NCBI GenBank assembly: GCA_041653395.1
Contig: JBAZFK010000002.1
Location: forward strand, 33,215-97,214
Source of the DNA: Candidatus Nanoarchaeia archaeon
Lineage (GTDB): Archaea; Nanobdellota; Nanobdellia; Tiddalikarchaeales; Tiddalikarchaeaceae
Direction: 5' to 3'
DNA: 64,000 nt
Numbering within the stretch: position 1 is the first letter of the stretch; the number at the start of each line of letters is the position of its first letter. The notes under the pieces were generated by a model. It searched no databases. It saw only the letters and a list, made by a program, of their open reading frames with translations, and was not told the DNA's origin. Position numbers and translations under genes: made by a program. Shown piece by piece: positions 30,096-39,028 of this stretch.

Positions 30096-30170
30096 GGTCC
30101 GTTAGCTCAGCTTGGATAGAGCGCCTGCCTTCTAAGCAGGAGGTCGTGGGTTCAAATCCCATACGGACCA
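30096..30170 (+). tRNA. tRNA-Arg (anticodon TCT)
   Basis: Cloverleaf: acceptor ggtccgt/acggacc, anticodon stem cctgc/gcagg, loop cTTCTaa, T-loop ttcaaat. Confidence 0.85.
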
Positions 30171-30646
30171 ATAGTTGACAATCTGGGGAATAAATACCAA
30201 GAAATTTCTTCAACTGTTTTATGAGTTCTTGATTCAATGTTTTTTATTAAAGATTCAATATCTTCCCATTTCCATCCGGTTCTAAAATTAATTTTATCTA
30301 GATTCAAATTAGGTGATGTGCTGATTAGATAATTATTTGCATAGTTGTGGGGGTCTTGTATAAAAAAGCTTTGATGGGCTTCAATCACTTCATGGGCAAG
30401 CATAGGCTTTCTGAATTCCGTAAAATAAATATTGCCTTCTTTCAGCAAATCAACGCATTTTTTTGAATAAATTATGGATAAGCATGTGATTTTTTCATTA
30501 AAATCATAAGTTGCAACATAATTCATGTTTACCTTATCTGAAATGTTCATAGGACCTAGTTCTATTGTTTTAAAATAAGAATTCGCATATTTTTTGTTAA
30601 ACTCATTCAATAATTCTAGCTCAGAGTCTATTAAACAGGATTCCAT
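30152..30646 (-). CDS. hypothetical protein (its 3' end overlaps the tRNA by about 19 nt)
   Basis: 164-aa ORF. The overlap with the tRNA lowers confidence in the exact stop. Confidence 0.35.
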   Translation of the reverse strand: MESCLIDSELELLNEFNKKYANSYFKTIELGPMNISDKVNMNYVATYDFNEKITCLSIIYSKKCVDLLKEGNIYFTEFRKPMLAHEVIEAHQSFFIQDPHNYANNYLISTSPNLNLDKINFRTGWKWEDIESLIKNIESRTHKTVEEISWYLFPRLSTIGPYGI

Positions 30647-30691
30647 GAGTTATTCTTTAAATCTTTATTTTTTTAAAGCTTTACTTTATCA

Positions 30692-30934
30692 TTATTCTGG
30701 AATATATACTATTGTTTTATCATTGTCTTGTTTAATAGCATAGTTTATTGAAAATTCATCATTTTCAGTATAAAACTTTACTTTTAGCAAGGAGTCTGTA
30801 TGAATTCCATCTGTGCTTCCAATATTTTGTATTTTATATGAAACTTCACAACCTTTTTCTTTAGCTGCATGTTTCATGAATCCGATTGTCTCTTCTAAAG
30901 ACAATTCTTTTATTTTAATTTCATTGGTGTTCAT
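30692..30934 (-). CDS. small hypothetical protein
   Basis: 80-aa ORF. Confidence 0.3.
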   Translation of the reverse strand: MNTNEIKIKELSLEETIGFMKHAAKEKGCEVSYKIQNIGSTDGIHTDSLLKVKFYTENDEFSINYAIKQDNDKTIVYIPE

Positions 30935-31004
30935 GAGTAATAACTGAAGAAATTCTCTTTAAAAATGTTACTATCTATTAGTGACAAATACTTGCAACTG
31001 TTAA

Positions 31005-31517
31005 TCAATCATAAACATTCATGTTCAGCCTTTCCATTAATTTCTCTTTTATTGAATTAAGCTCTTCCATATAAAGTGCAGCATAAGTCAAAAGCTTTGA
31101 CTGATAATTAGTCCTTAAATAGATTGGCAGAATCATTTTAGTAAAAGAATTTCTTCTCCAAGTTTTAGTGTAGTCAAGTTCAATATTATATTTTATTACA
31201 AATATACCCATTACAGTGTCTCCAGCAATTCTGTAAGCATTTGTTGACAAAATAAAGGAGATTCTTGCAAAATCATCAATGTTTTTATAGGCAACCCAAT
31301 CCCATAACATAGTCTTGGCTGTCTGGTCTATATCTGTCTGAGTGAATGAGGTTTCAGTGCATTTTAATCCCCATTTTTCAATCAAATCATTGTAAAAATT
31401 TATATAAAAATCACTTATTTTCATTATGCTTCCTTTATTTTTAATTGTAAGCCAGTTAATATTGATTATTATTGGCTCATCTGGTTTTGCATCCTCAACC
31501 ATTTGCTTAAAATTCAT
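31005..31517 (-). CDS. hypothetical protein
   Basis: 170-aa ORF. Confidence 0.4.
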   Translation of the reverse strand: MNFKQMVEDAKPDEPIIININWLTIKNKGSIMKISDFYINFYNDLIEKWGLKCTETSFTQTDIDQTAKTMLWDWVAYKNIDDFARISFILSTNAYRIAGDTVMGIFVIKYNIELDYTKTWRRNSFTKMILPIYLRTNYQSKLLTYAALYMEELNSIKEKLMERLNMNVYD

Positions 31518-31596
31518 AGATTAAATATTGTCATCCTTTAATTAAAAAAGTTATGAATAAATAATTCTTATAAAACCTAGAATATTAAAAATTTGT

Positions 31597-32133
31597 ATGG
31601 TTTATGAGGTTGAAATCAGAAGCTTTATCTCTAAAGACGAATATTCAGAGCTGATTAATTTTTTTGATAAGCACGCCAACTTTTTAAGCGAGAGCGACCA
31701 AGAAACCCATTACTTTGACTGCAATAAGGATTTAAGGATTCAAAAAAATAACAATTACTCAAAGATTTGGCTTAAATTAGGAAAAATGCATGATGAAAAA
31801 AGAAAAGAGATAGAGCTCATGCTAAAAAAAGAGGATTTTTCTAAAGCTCAGGAATTGTTTAATGAGTTAGGGTTTAATGTTAAAATAAAATGGTTAAGGA
31901 AAAGGCGCGAATATGAATGGGGAGAATTCAGCGTCTGCATAGATTACACAAAAGGATATGGTTACATTATTGAGGTTGAAAAGCTCTGCGAAGAAAAAGA
32001 CAAGGATTATTATGAAAACCTGATCAAATCAAAGTTTGATGAGCTTAATGTAAAAATTACTTCTAAGGAAGAGTTTAGCCAAAAGTTCAATGATTATGAA
32101 AAGAATTGGAAATCATTAATTAACAAGAATTAG
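31597..32133 (+). CDS. CYTH-domain protein (CyaB / thiamine-triphosphatase-like)
   Basis: N-terminal YEVEIR..F and alternating acidic pattern typical of CYTH. Size about 178 aa. Confidence 0.45.
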   Translation: MVYEVEIRSFISKDEYSELINFFDKHANFLSESDQETHYFDCNKDLRIQKNNNYSKIWLKLGKMHDEKRKEIELMLKKEDFSKAQELFNELGFNVKIKWLRKRREYEWGEFSVCIDYTKGYGYIIEVEKLCEEKDKDYYENLIKSKFDELNVKITSKEEFSQKFNDYEKNWKSLINKN

Positions 32134-32174
32134 TTAAGTTTTAAAAAACCTGATTTTCTATTTTTATTTGTCAA

Positions 32175-32321
32175 GAGTCCGTGGCTCAGCTTGGATAGAG
32201 CGACTGCCTCCTAAAAAATTGTGATGATGAGAAGGTCAACTGAAAATTATGTGATGAGACTGACCTACCCTGAGTTTTTGGAGATAGCAGTAGGTCGGGG
32301 GTTCAAATCCCCTCGGGCTCG
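32175..32321 (+). tRNA. tRNA-Arg (anticodon CCT) with a ~72-nt intron at the canonical 37/38 position (exon 1 about 32175-32213, exon 2 about 32286-32321)
   Basis: acceptor gagtccg/cgggctc, D-arm gctc/gagc, anticodon stem actgc...gcagt split by the intron, loop cuCCUaa, T-arm ggggg ttcaaat cccct. Confidence 0.8.
32221..32273 (+). ncRNA. box C/D sRNA embedded in the tRNA-Arg(CCT) intron
   Basis: C gtgatga (32221-27), 12-nt guide, D' ctga (32240-43), 7-nt spacer, C' gtgatga (32251-57), 12-nt guide, D ctga (32270-73). Confidence 0.6.
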
Positions 32322-32344
32322 CTTATTAATATTATAAGTTTTAG

Positions 32345-32400
32345 TTTCCCCCAGGGCTTTGCCTTGCAAAGGGCTGGTTCTAAATCCCCTCGGGCTCGCT
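32345..32400 (+). other. tRNA-trailer element A: conserved hairpin with GG/GG internal loop plus a degenerate copy of the tRNA 3' T-arm/acceptor strand
   Basis: tttcccc CAGggctttgc ctt gcaaagggCTGg ttctaaatcccctcgggctcgct. One of three copies in the window. Confidence 0.6.
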
Positions 32401-32591
32401 TATTATTAAATTAATTCATTAACATAAGTTGTCAATATTTGAGTTGTCTTGAAGGATTTTCCAAAGTACTGCTCGATATTAAAAGCTGCATATTTTTGCA
32501 TAATTTATTTATAATGATTTATTTTTAAAAAACTATATGACATCTTTTGAGTAGTGAAATATTTAAATTGCAGCCAATTAATTATTAAACA

Positions 32592-32954
32592 ATGGAAAAG
32601 AAGAATTATTTGATGATAATAATAGCAATCGTTATTTTTGGGATAATAATGTCTTTGGCTTACAGCGGAATTTTAGGATTTATCAACATAATCCCCTCCA
32701 ATGATGAGATTTCCACAAGCCAGCTTTTGGCAGAATGCGGAAGAGCTGCTTCTTTATATACCACCATAAAAACAGAGGCCAATAGGAAGAATTTTTGCTG
32801 CACAACTCTTGATTTAAACGGCAATGATATGATTGACAGCAATGAATATTGCGCAAAAATTTATGACAAAAACATTGAAGGAAACAGTGCTGCAATGCTG
32901 TGCAGCAGCCCAGTAAATTATTACAGTAATTATTCGGAGTGTGAAAACAAATGA
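32592..32954 (+). CDS. secreted Cys-rich small protein
   Basis: N-terminal TM/signal helix and 8 Cys in the mature part. Confidence 0.4.
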   Translation: MEKKNYLMIIIAIVIFGIIMSLAYSGILGFINIIPSNDEISTSQLLAECGRAASLYTTIKTEANRKNFCCTTLDLNGNDMIDSNEYCAKIYDKNIEGNSAAMLCSSPVNYYSNYSECENK

Positions 32955-33100
32955 TTGATGGAGTTATATTATTAATGGTTTTTGTGTTCATATTCTCATT
33001 CATTGCAGCATATTTTTTTCTAGATGACAGGAATTCGAATCGCGTGCTTTTAAAATCCTTTTTTTCAAGCTTGGTGATATTTTTAGCAATACTTTTTTTT

Positions 33101-33748
33101 CTAATAATTAGCTAATAGCAATGAAGCACTAAATGGCAGTGTGAAATCGTCTATTTTGCTAGGGCTTATTAGTTCAACAACTGAAATTATGAAGCTTATT
33201 GCCAAAGCTTTCATTGAAAATCCGAAAAATGATGATATTATCATTAAGTTTGATATTAGCATTGCAAGCGAGCCTTCAAAAGTCCTGTTATTTCCCAATA
33301 TTGAAAAAACGTTTTTTCCGTAGTTTTTACCTATAATTGCAGCCAAAGGGTCCGATACTATTAATACTAATGCGCTTATTAATGGAACAATATTGTCATT
33401 GGTTACTATTGAAAAAAGTATCAGGTAAGTTATGGAGACTCCGTAAAGCGCTGGGCCTTGCAGGTAATTTTTTTCAAACTCATCATTCATTGAATAAAAC
33501 ACATGTTTTAGCAAAGGGGTTGATTTTCTTGACAAAAAAACTATCAATGTGATTATTGATGAGGCAATAAAATAAAGCCATTTATTGCTAGCAAAAAACA
33601 ATGAGATTATGCTTAATCCTGAGAAGAAATGAATAATCATTCTTGCAGTTCTTTTCCCTATCTTCTTTTTTTTGTACAAAACTATCGGGACTGCATAAAC
33701 AATTGCTATATATATTGAAACTAATAATATAATGATTAAGTCATTCAT
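33101..33748 (-). CDS. CdsA-family CTP transferase membrane protein (third paralog)
   Basis: SDPLAAIIGKNYGKNVFSILGNNRTFEGS motif. Multi-TM. Confidence 0.5.
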   Translation of the reverse strand: MNDLIIILLVSIYIAIVYAVPIVLYKKKKIGKRTARMIIHFFSGLSIISLFFASNKWLYFIASSIITLIVFLSRKSTPLLKHVFYSMNDEFEKNYLQGPALYGVSITYLILFSIVTNDNIVPLISALVLIVSDPLAAIIGKNYGKNVFSILGNNRTFEGSLAMLISNLMIISSFFGFSMKALAISFIISVVELISPSKIDDFTLPFSASLLLANY

Positions 33749-33812
33749 AGGTTATTCTGTGAACTTAGGGAATTATAAAATTTTTTAATGAGCAATTGTT
33801 CAATTATTTAAT

Positions 33813-33886
33813 GGGCTTATAGTATAACTTGGATAGTACAGTGGCCTTCGGAGCCGAAAATCAGGGTTCAAATCCCTGTAAGCCCT
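33813..33886 (+). tRNA. tRNA-Arg (anticodon TCG)
   Basis: acceptor gggctta/taagccc, anticodon arm gtggc cTTCGga gccga (one mismatch), T-arm caggg ttcaaat ccctg. Confidence 0.75.
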
Positions 33887-33907
33887 TTAGAGTTTTTTTT
33901 GTTTAAA

Positions 33908-33961
33908 TTTCCCCTGGGGCTTTGCTTACAGCAAAGGGCCAGTTCTAAATCCCTGTAAGCC
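33908..33961 (+). other. tRNA-trailer element B (same family as 32345..32400)
   Basis: tttcccc TGGggctttgc ttaca gcaaagggCCAg ttctaaatccctgtaagcc. The outer stem covaries with elements A and C. Confidence 0.6.
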
Positions 33962-34022
33962 TTCAGACTCCAAGATTTTTTAGAAAAATTATTTAAATAA
34001 AAAGATTGAATAGATTACTATA

Positions 34023-34496
34023 ATGGGCAAAAAAAATGATGAATGCAAGGATTGCATTGAAAACATGAAAAAGTTTGAAGAGCTGAAAAAGGATTACGTT
34101 TTGCTTAATAATCAATTAAGGCTGCTTCAGGCAGATTTTGACAACTACAAAAAAAGGGTTATTAAAGAAAAAATTGACTTGTCTGATTTGTCAAAAACAG
34201 AATTAATACTTGATTTATTGCCTGATTTGGAGGCTTTCAAAAAAGCCAGCGAGTTAAGCAAGGAAGAGGGTTTTAAATTATTATATAAAAATTTCATGAA
34301 AGTGCTGGCAAAAGCAGGGCTAAAAGAGATTAAATGCGTTGGCGAAAAATTTGACATTAATTTGCATGAGGCAATGCTTTCTGTTAGGGATGAAACCAAA
34401 GAGGATGGAATAATAATTGATGAAATAGAAAAAGGCTACACTTTCAATGATAAATTAATCAAGCCAAGCAAAGTGATTGTGAATAAGAAACAATAA
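34023..34496 (+). CDS. grpE: nucleotide exchange factor GrpE
   Basis: LRLLQADFDNYKKR, LLPDLEAF, FD...HEAM, C-terminal beta domain. Confidence 0.85.
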   Translation: MGKKNDECKDCIENMKKFEELKKDYVLLNNQLRLLQADFDNYKKRVIKEKIDLSDLSKTELILDLLPDLEAFKKASELSKEEGFKLLYKNFMKVLAKAGLKEIKCVGEKFDINLHEAMLSVRDETKEDGIIIDEIEKGYTFNDKLIKPSKVIVNKKQ

Positions 34497-34528
34497 CTTT
34501 ATTAATATCACTCCTTTATGTTATTTTT

Positions 34529-35008
34529 ATGATTTTTGAAGATTTTAAAAAGAAGCATTCTGATTTAGGGCTTACTGACAAGGATTTCAAGGAGTTTTAT
34601 TGCTTAATTTCTAATTACATACTTTTGAGGATTTTTCCAAATGAGAATGATTTTTATATGGTGACTGGGGAGGATGCTGACTCTTACTTTGACTATTTTG
34701 CCAGAGGGCTGCTTATAATAAAGGACAAATTTCATGTCAAGTTCAACAAGAAATTTTACGAGGCTTTGAACTTCATAATCTCTTATAATCAAACTTTTCA
34801 TTATACAGTTCTTTTTAATGAATTGGATGTTGATATCAAAAAAGAGATTATTAACTATGTGTCTATTAACAAGAAGAAATACAGGATGCCTTATTTGGTC
34901 AGGAATTTCTTGACCGAGCTAATCTATTGCTTTGAGCCTGAAAGGCTTGTAAAAATAGAGATGTACAAAAGCTTTGTAAATTCAAACGGGAAATACTTGT
35001 TTGATTGA
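34529..35008 (+). CDS. hypothetical protein between grpE and dnaK
   Basis: 159-aa ORF. Confidence 0.4.
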   Translation: MIFEDFKKKHSDLGLTDKDFKEFYCLISNYILLRIFPNENDFYMVTGEDADSYFDYFARGLLIIKDKFHVKFNKKFYEALNFIISYNQTFHYTVLFNELDVDIKKEIINYVSINKKKYRMPYLVRNFLTELIYCFEPERLVKIEMYKSFVNSNGKYLFD

Positions 35009-35143
35009 GCTACAACAAGTTTTATAAAAACATTTTATTCTTATATCTGCTACATGGGAAAGTACTCTGAAAGCCTTGATGAGATAATTACTAAGGAAGA
35101 TGAAACTCATAAATAATATATGGGCTTGCCTATAATTTAATCT

Positions 35144-35236
35144 ATGTTGGCATTTTACCACAACATTTATAAATAACTATTGTTGGTATATTACACTAAC
35201 AATAAATGTTGGTGTCAAACACTAACAATAAATGGT
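35144..35236 (+). promoter_or_regulatory. dnaK upstream region: TATA-like box tttataaata and alternating inverted repeats ttgttggt / cactaacaa / tgttggtg / cactaacaa
   Basis: Repeated half-sites, 8-9 nt with 4-6 nt spacers, within 100 nt of the dnaK start. Candidate operator for a heat-shock regulator. Confidence 0.4.
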
Positions 35237-35244
35237 GATAATTA

Positions 35245-37161
35245 ATGGCAAGAACAATAGGTATTGATTTAGGAACAACAAAATGCTGTATGGCATATAT
35301 TGAAGGCGGAAGGCCTCAAGTAATTCCAACCTCAGAAGGAGACAGAATAATGCCTTCAATGGTTGCGTTCACAAAAGAAGGGGAAAGATTAATCGGAACA
35401 CCTGCAAAAAGGCAGGCAGTTGTAAATGCTGAAAACACAGTATTTCACATTAAAAGATTCATGGGAAGAAAATATAATGACCCAGCAATCAAATTCGACT
35501 TAACTCATGCCCCTTATAAAATAGTTAAAGCTCCAAATGGAGATGTAAGGGTTGAGCTTAAAGGAAAGCAATACTCACCACCAGAGATAAGCGCAATGCT
35601 TCTCAGCAAATTAAAAAAAGACGCTGAAGCCTTCTTAGCTGAAGAGGTTGACAGCGCAGTAATAACTGTTCCAGCATATTTTAATGACTCCCAAAGGCAA
35701 GCAACAAAGCAGGCAGGAGAGATAGCAGGGCTTAAAGTTTTAAGAATAATAAATGAACCAACAAGCGCAAGCTTAGCCTACGGATTAGACAAAAAAGGAA
35801 GCAAAAAAATAGCAGTCTATGACTTAGGAGGAGGAACCTTTGATATAAGCATACTAGAATTAAGCGACGGAATCTTCGAAGTCAAATCAACAAACGGAGA
35901 CACCCACTTAGGAGGAGCTGACTGGGACCAAAGAATAATGGACTACATTGTTGAAGAATACAAAAAAAAGCACAATATTGACTTATCAAAAGACAAAACA
36001 GCCATTCAAAGGCTAAAAGAAGCTGCTGAAAAAGCAAAAATAGAGCTTTCAACAACAACTAACACTGAGATTAATATTCCATATATTACAATGGTGGATG
36101 GCAATCCAATTCATGTGAATATGCAGCTATCAAGAGCTAAATTTGAGGATTTGGTGAAAGATTTGCTTGAAAAAACAGTAAGCCCTTGCGAAAAAGCAAT
36201 CAAGGATGCAGGAATAACAAAATCGCAAATTGATGAAATAATATTAGTTGGTGGACCAACAAGAACCCCATCAATCTATGAAAAAGTCAAGAAATTTTTC
36301 GGAAAAGAGCCTAACAAAGGAGTTAACCCTGATGAAGTTGTTGCAGTAGGAGCAGCAATACAAGCAGGAGTGCTAGGAGGAGAAATAAAAGATGTATTAT
36401 TGTTAGATGTTACTCCATTAAGCTTAGGAATTGAAACCTTAGGAGGAATATTTACAAAAATGATTGACAGAAACACCACTGTTCCAATCAAAAAAAGCCA
36501 AGTCTACAGTACTGCAGCTGACAACCAGCCAGCAGTAAGCATACACGTGCTTCAAGGAGAAAGGCCAATGTCAGCAGACAACCATTCTCTTGGAAGATTT
36601 GACTTAGTCGGAATACCTCCAGCCCCAAGAGGAATACCACAAATAGAGGTAACCTTTGACATTGATGCAAATGGAATAATCAATGTCAGCGCGAAAGACT
36701 TAGGAACCGGAAAACAGCAGGCAATAAGCATCAAATCCTCAACAGGACTTAGTGACTCAGAGATTGAAAGAATGAAAGAACAGGCAAAGCAATACGAAGA
36801 GGATGACAGGAAAAAAGCTGAGCAAGTTGAAATATTAAACAAAGCTGAAACAATGACTTACACTGTTGAAAAAACCATAAAAGAAATGGGAGACAAAATG
36901 GACGCTGACACAAAGAAGAATTTGGAAGAAAAATCCGCAGAATTAAAAGCAGTTATTCCAAGCGAGAATCTTGAAGATATAAAGAAAAAAATGGAAGAAC
37001 TAGAAACAATGATTCAGGAATTCACAACAAAACTTTACCAAAAAGCTGCAGCTGAACAGCAAGCCCAACAACCTAATGAAGAAAAGGCAAAGAAACCAAA
37101 AAAAGACAACAAGAACTCAGAAGATGAAGTAGTTGATGGAGACTTTGAGGAAAAGAAATAA
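35245..37161 (+). CDS. dnaK: molecular chaperone DnaK (Hsp70)
   Basis: [10 protein letters not shown]-type start, DLGGGTFD, full Hsp70 NBD and SBD. Confidence 0.97.
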   Translation: MARTIGIDLGTTKCCMAYIEGGRPQVIPTSEGDRIMPSMVAFTKEGERLIGTPAKRQAVVNAENTVFHIKRFMGRKYNDPAIKFDLTHAPYKIVKAPNGDVRVELKGKQYSPPEISAMLLSKLKKDAEAFLAEEVDSAVITVPAYFNDSQRQATKQAGEIAGLKVLRIINEPTSASLAYGLDKKGSKKIAVYDLGGGTFDISILELSDGIFEVKSTNGDTHLGGADWDQRIMDYIVEEYKKKHNIDLSKDKTAIQRLKEAAEKAKIELSTTTNTEINIPYITMVDGNPIHVNMQLSRAKFEDLVKDLLEKTVSPCEKAIKDAGITKSQIDEIILVGGPTRTPSIYEKVKKFFGKEPNKGVNPDEVVAVGAAIQAGVLGGEIKDVLLLDVTPLSLGIETLGGIFTKMIDRNTTVPIKKSQVYSTAADNQPAVSIHVLQGERPMSADNHSLGRFDLVGIPPAPRGIPQIEVTFDIDANGIINVSAKDLGTGKQQAISIKSSTGLSDSEIERMKEQAKQYEEDDRKKAEQVEILNKAETMTYTVEKTIKEMGDKMDADTKKNLEEKSAELKAVIPSENLEDIKKKMEELETMIQEFTTKLYQKAAAEQQAQQPNEEKAKKPKKDNKNSEDEVVDGDFEEKK

Positions 37162-37231
37162 AAATTTCTTTTCTTTTTTCTTATTTTTTTTATTAACTTT
37201 TTTAAATAAAGGAAGAGTGAACTGAATTATT

Positions 37232-38365
37232 ATGCCTAAAAATTATTATGAAACATTAGGAGTTAGCAAGGATGCAAGCCAAGAAGAGATAAAAAAAGCT
37301 TACAGAAAAATGGCAATGAAATACCACCCTGATGTCAATAAAGAGAAAGGTGCAGAGGATAAGTTCAAGGAACTAAACGAAGCTTTCAGCGTGATAGGTG
37401 ATGAATCTAAAAGGCAGCAATATGACATGTTCGGCACCACTAGGGACCAGCAAAACCAGGGAGGATTCCAGCAAGGAGCTCAAGGAGGATTTAATGGAGC
37501 AGGATTTGAGGACATGTTCGGAGGCTTTGAAGATATCTTCGGCAGCTTCTTTGGCCAAAGAAGCCATAGGCAAGAAGATGAATCAGGCGAAGATTTAAGG
37601 TACGACTTAGAGATAGAGTTAGAGGAGGTTTACTTTGGGGCAGAAAAAGAGATAAGCTATTATGCTTATGTTGAATGCAGCAAGTGCGACGGCTCAGGAG
37701 CGAGCAATAAATCAAAAATACATGTTTGCAGCACTTGCCACGGCAAAGGATTTATAACCCAAATGGTGAATTTAGGGCCAATAAGAATGCAAAACCAAGG
37801 AGTATGCCCAACCTGCAGAGGAAAAGGTAAAACAATAAAAGATCCTTGCAGCCAATGCGATGGAAAAGGCAGAATAAAAGATAAAGTAAAAATTAAGGTA
37901 AAAATACCCAAAGGGATAAACGAAGGGCAAAGAATAAAGATTAAAGGAAAAGGAAACGCCGCAAAAAACAACAATGCTCCAGGAGACTTATATGTATTTA
38001 TCAGCATTAAGGAGCATTCCAGATTTGAAAGATACAATGAAAACCTTCTAACAACTGTTGATATAAATTTCACGCAAGCAGTGCTTGGAGACAAAGTAAG
38101 CATTAAAACTTTTGACTCAGAAGTCATGCTAAAAATACCTGCAGGCACTCAGCCAAACACTGTATTCAGGTTAAGAGATAAAGGACTTCCAATACTTAAT
38201 CATGATGATTTCGGAGACTTGCTTGTAAAAGTGAACATTGTAGTCCCGACAAAACTAAGCAGCAAAGAAAAGGAGTTGATACAAGAATTGTCAGAGCTTG
38301 AAGGCAAAAAAAACAATACAAGAAAAGGATTCTTTGAACGCTTAAAGGAAGAGTTCAACAAATAA
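37232..38365 (+). CDS. dnaJ: molecular chaperone DnaJ
   Basis: J domain with HPD (KYHPDVN), Gly/Phe-rich region, four CxxCxGxG zinc-finger repeats. Confidence 0.95.
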   Translation: MPKNYYETLGVSKDASQEEIKKAYRKMAMKYHPDVNKEKGAEDKFKELNEAFSVIGDESKRQQYDMFGTTRDQQNQGGFQQGAQGGFNGAGFEDMFGGFEDIFGSFFGQRSHRQEDESGEDLRYDLEIELEEVYFGAEKEISYYAYVECSKCDGSGASNKSKIHVCSTCHGKGFITQMVNLGPIRMQNQGVCPTCRGKGKTIKDPCSQCDGKGRIKDKVKIKVKIPKGINEGQRIKIKGKGNAAKNNNAPGDLYVFISIKEHSRFERYNENLLTTVDINFTQAVLGDKVSIKTFDSEVMLKIPAGTQPNTVFRLRDKGLPILNHDDFGDLLVKVNIVVPTKLSSKEKELIQELSELEGKKNNTRKGFFERLKEEFNK

Positions 38366-38398
38366 AAATATAAAACCTAATAATTTATTAAATTATTA

Positions 38399-39028
38399 AT
38401 GATTAAGGAATTCTGCATGTACAATAAATCAATAAATGATTTAAAAAAAGCGATTAGTTTAGACAAAAAATTAGTGATTACTGATATCTGGAGCGATTTA
38501 AAAAATTATAAAGAGATAGAATCTTTACTGTTAAGCAATGGATTTAAGCTGAACTATAAAAGGCCTGTTTTTTACAAAAAAGTCAGCGTTCCTGAAAAAT
38601 CAAAGCTGATTTTTAAGACTGAAAAAAAAATAATCAAAGGATTGTTTTTTGAAATGCTTAAAAAAACTGAAAATGCTGACTTTTTAAGCTGGAAAGAAAC
38701 CCCTGCCAAAGGATTTAGGGAGATTTATTCACCTGTCAAGGAATGGAACTTATGCGCTTACAATGAATCAAATAAGCTAATAGGTTTTTTCACTTTAGAA
38801 CATAATAAAATAGGGTATGGAACTTTTTTATTAATTTATATTAAGGATGAATTCAGGGGAAAAAATTATGCAATTGAATTGCTAAAAAAAGCTGAGGAGT
38901 TGTTCATGAAATCAGGAATAAGGGACTGGTATGAATCATCCCATGAATCAAACACTGCAATGATTAAAACATTTATTAGATATGGTTTTATTCACAAACG
39001 AGACTTAATGTTTTTTATAAGAAATTAA
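38399..39028 (+). CDS. GNAT-family N-acetyltransferase-like protein
   Basis: C-terminal GYGTFLL...RGKNYAIELLKKAEE acetyl-CoA-binding-like core. Confidence 0.4.
   Translation: MIKEFCMYNKSINDLKKAISLDKKLVITDIWSDLKNYKEIESLLLSNGFKLNYKRPVFYKKVSVPEKSKLIFKTEKKIIKGLFFEMLKKTENADFLSWKETPAKGFREIYSPVKEWNLCAYNESNKLIGFFTLEHNKIGYGTFLLIYIKDEFRGKNYAIELLKKAEELFMKSGIRDWYESSHESNTAMIKTFIRYGFIHKRDLMFFIRN

Noticed and set aside
30152-30646. HEVIEAH in ORF 30152..30646 as a zinc-protease HExxH motif
   Set aside because: The spacing is H-E-x-x-E-x-H, not H-E-x-x-H, so it is not a zincin signature.
32345-32400. Read the post-tRNA GC-rich block as a second tRNA gene or a split-tRNA 3' half
   Set aside because: It has no 5' acceptor strand, and its T-stem 5' strand cannot pair with the copied 3' strand (gggcugg vs cccct). 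It therefore cannot fold into a cloverleaf or a 3'-half with a proper T-arm.
32345-32400. Kink-turn (L7Ae-binding) interpretation of the hairpin's internal loop
   Set aside because: K-turns have a 3-nt bulge followed by tandem sheared G-A pairs. Here the loop is a symmetric 2x2 G/G mismatch with no bulge.
36276-38148. Alternative-frame ORFs within dnaK and dnaJ (36276..36491, 36488..36670, 36552..36842, 37373..37573, 37398..37598, 37491..37715, 37666..38148)
   Set aside because: They lie inside the high-confidence Hsp70 and DnaJ coding sequences. Their existence reflects the slightly higher GC content of these horizontally acquired genes.
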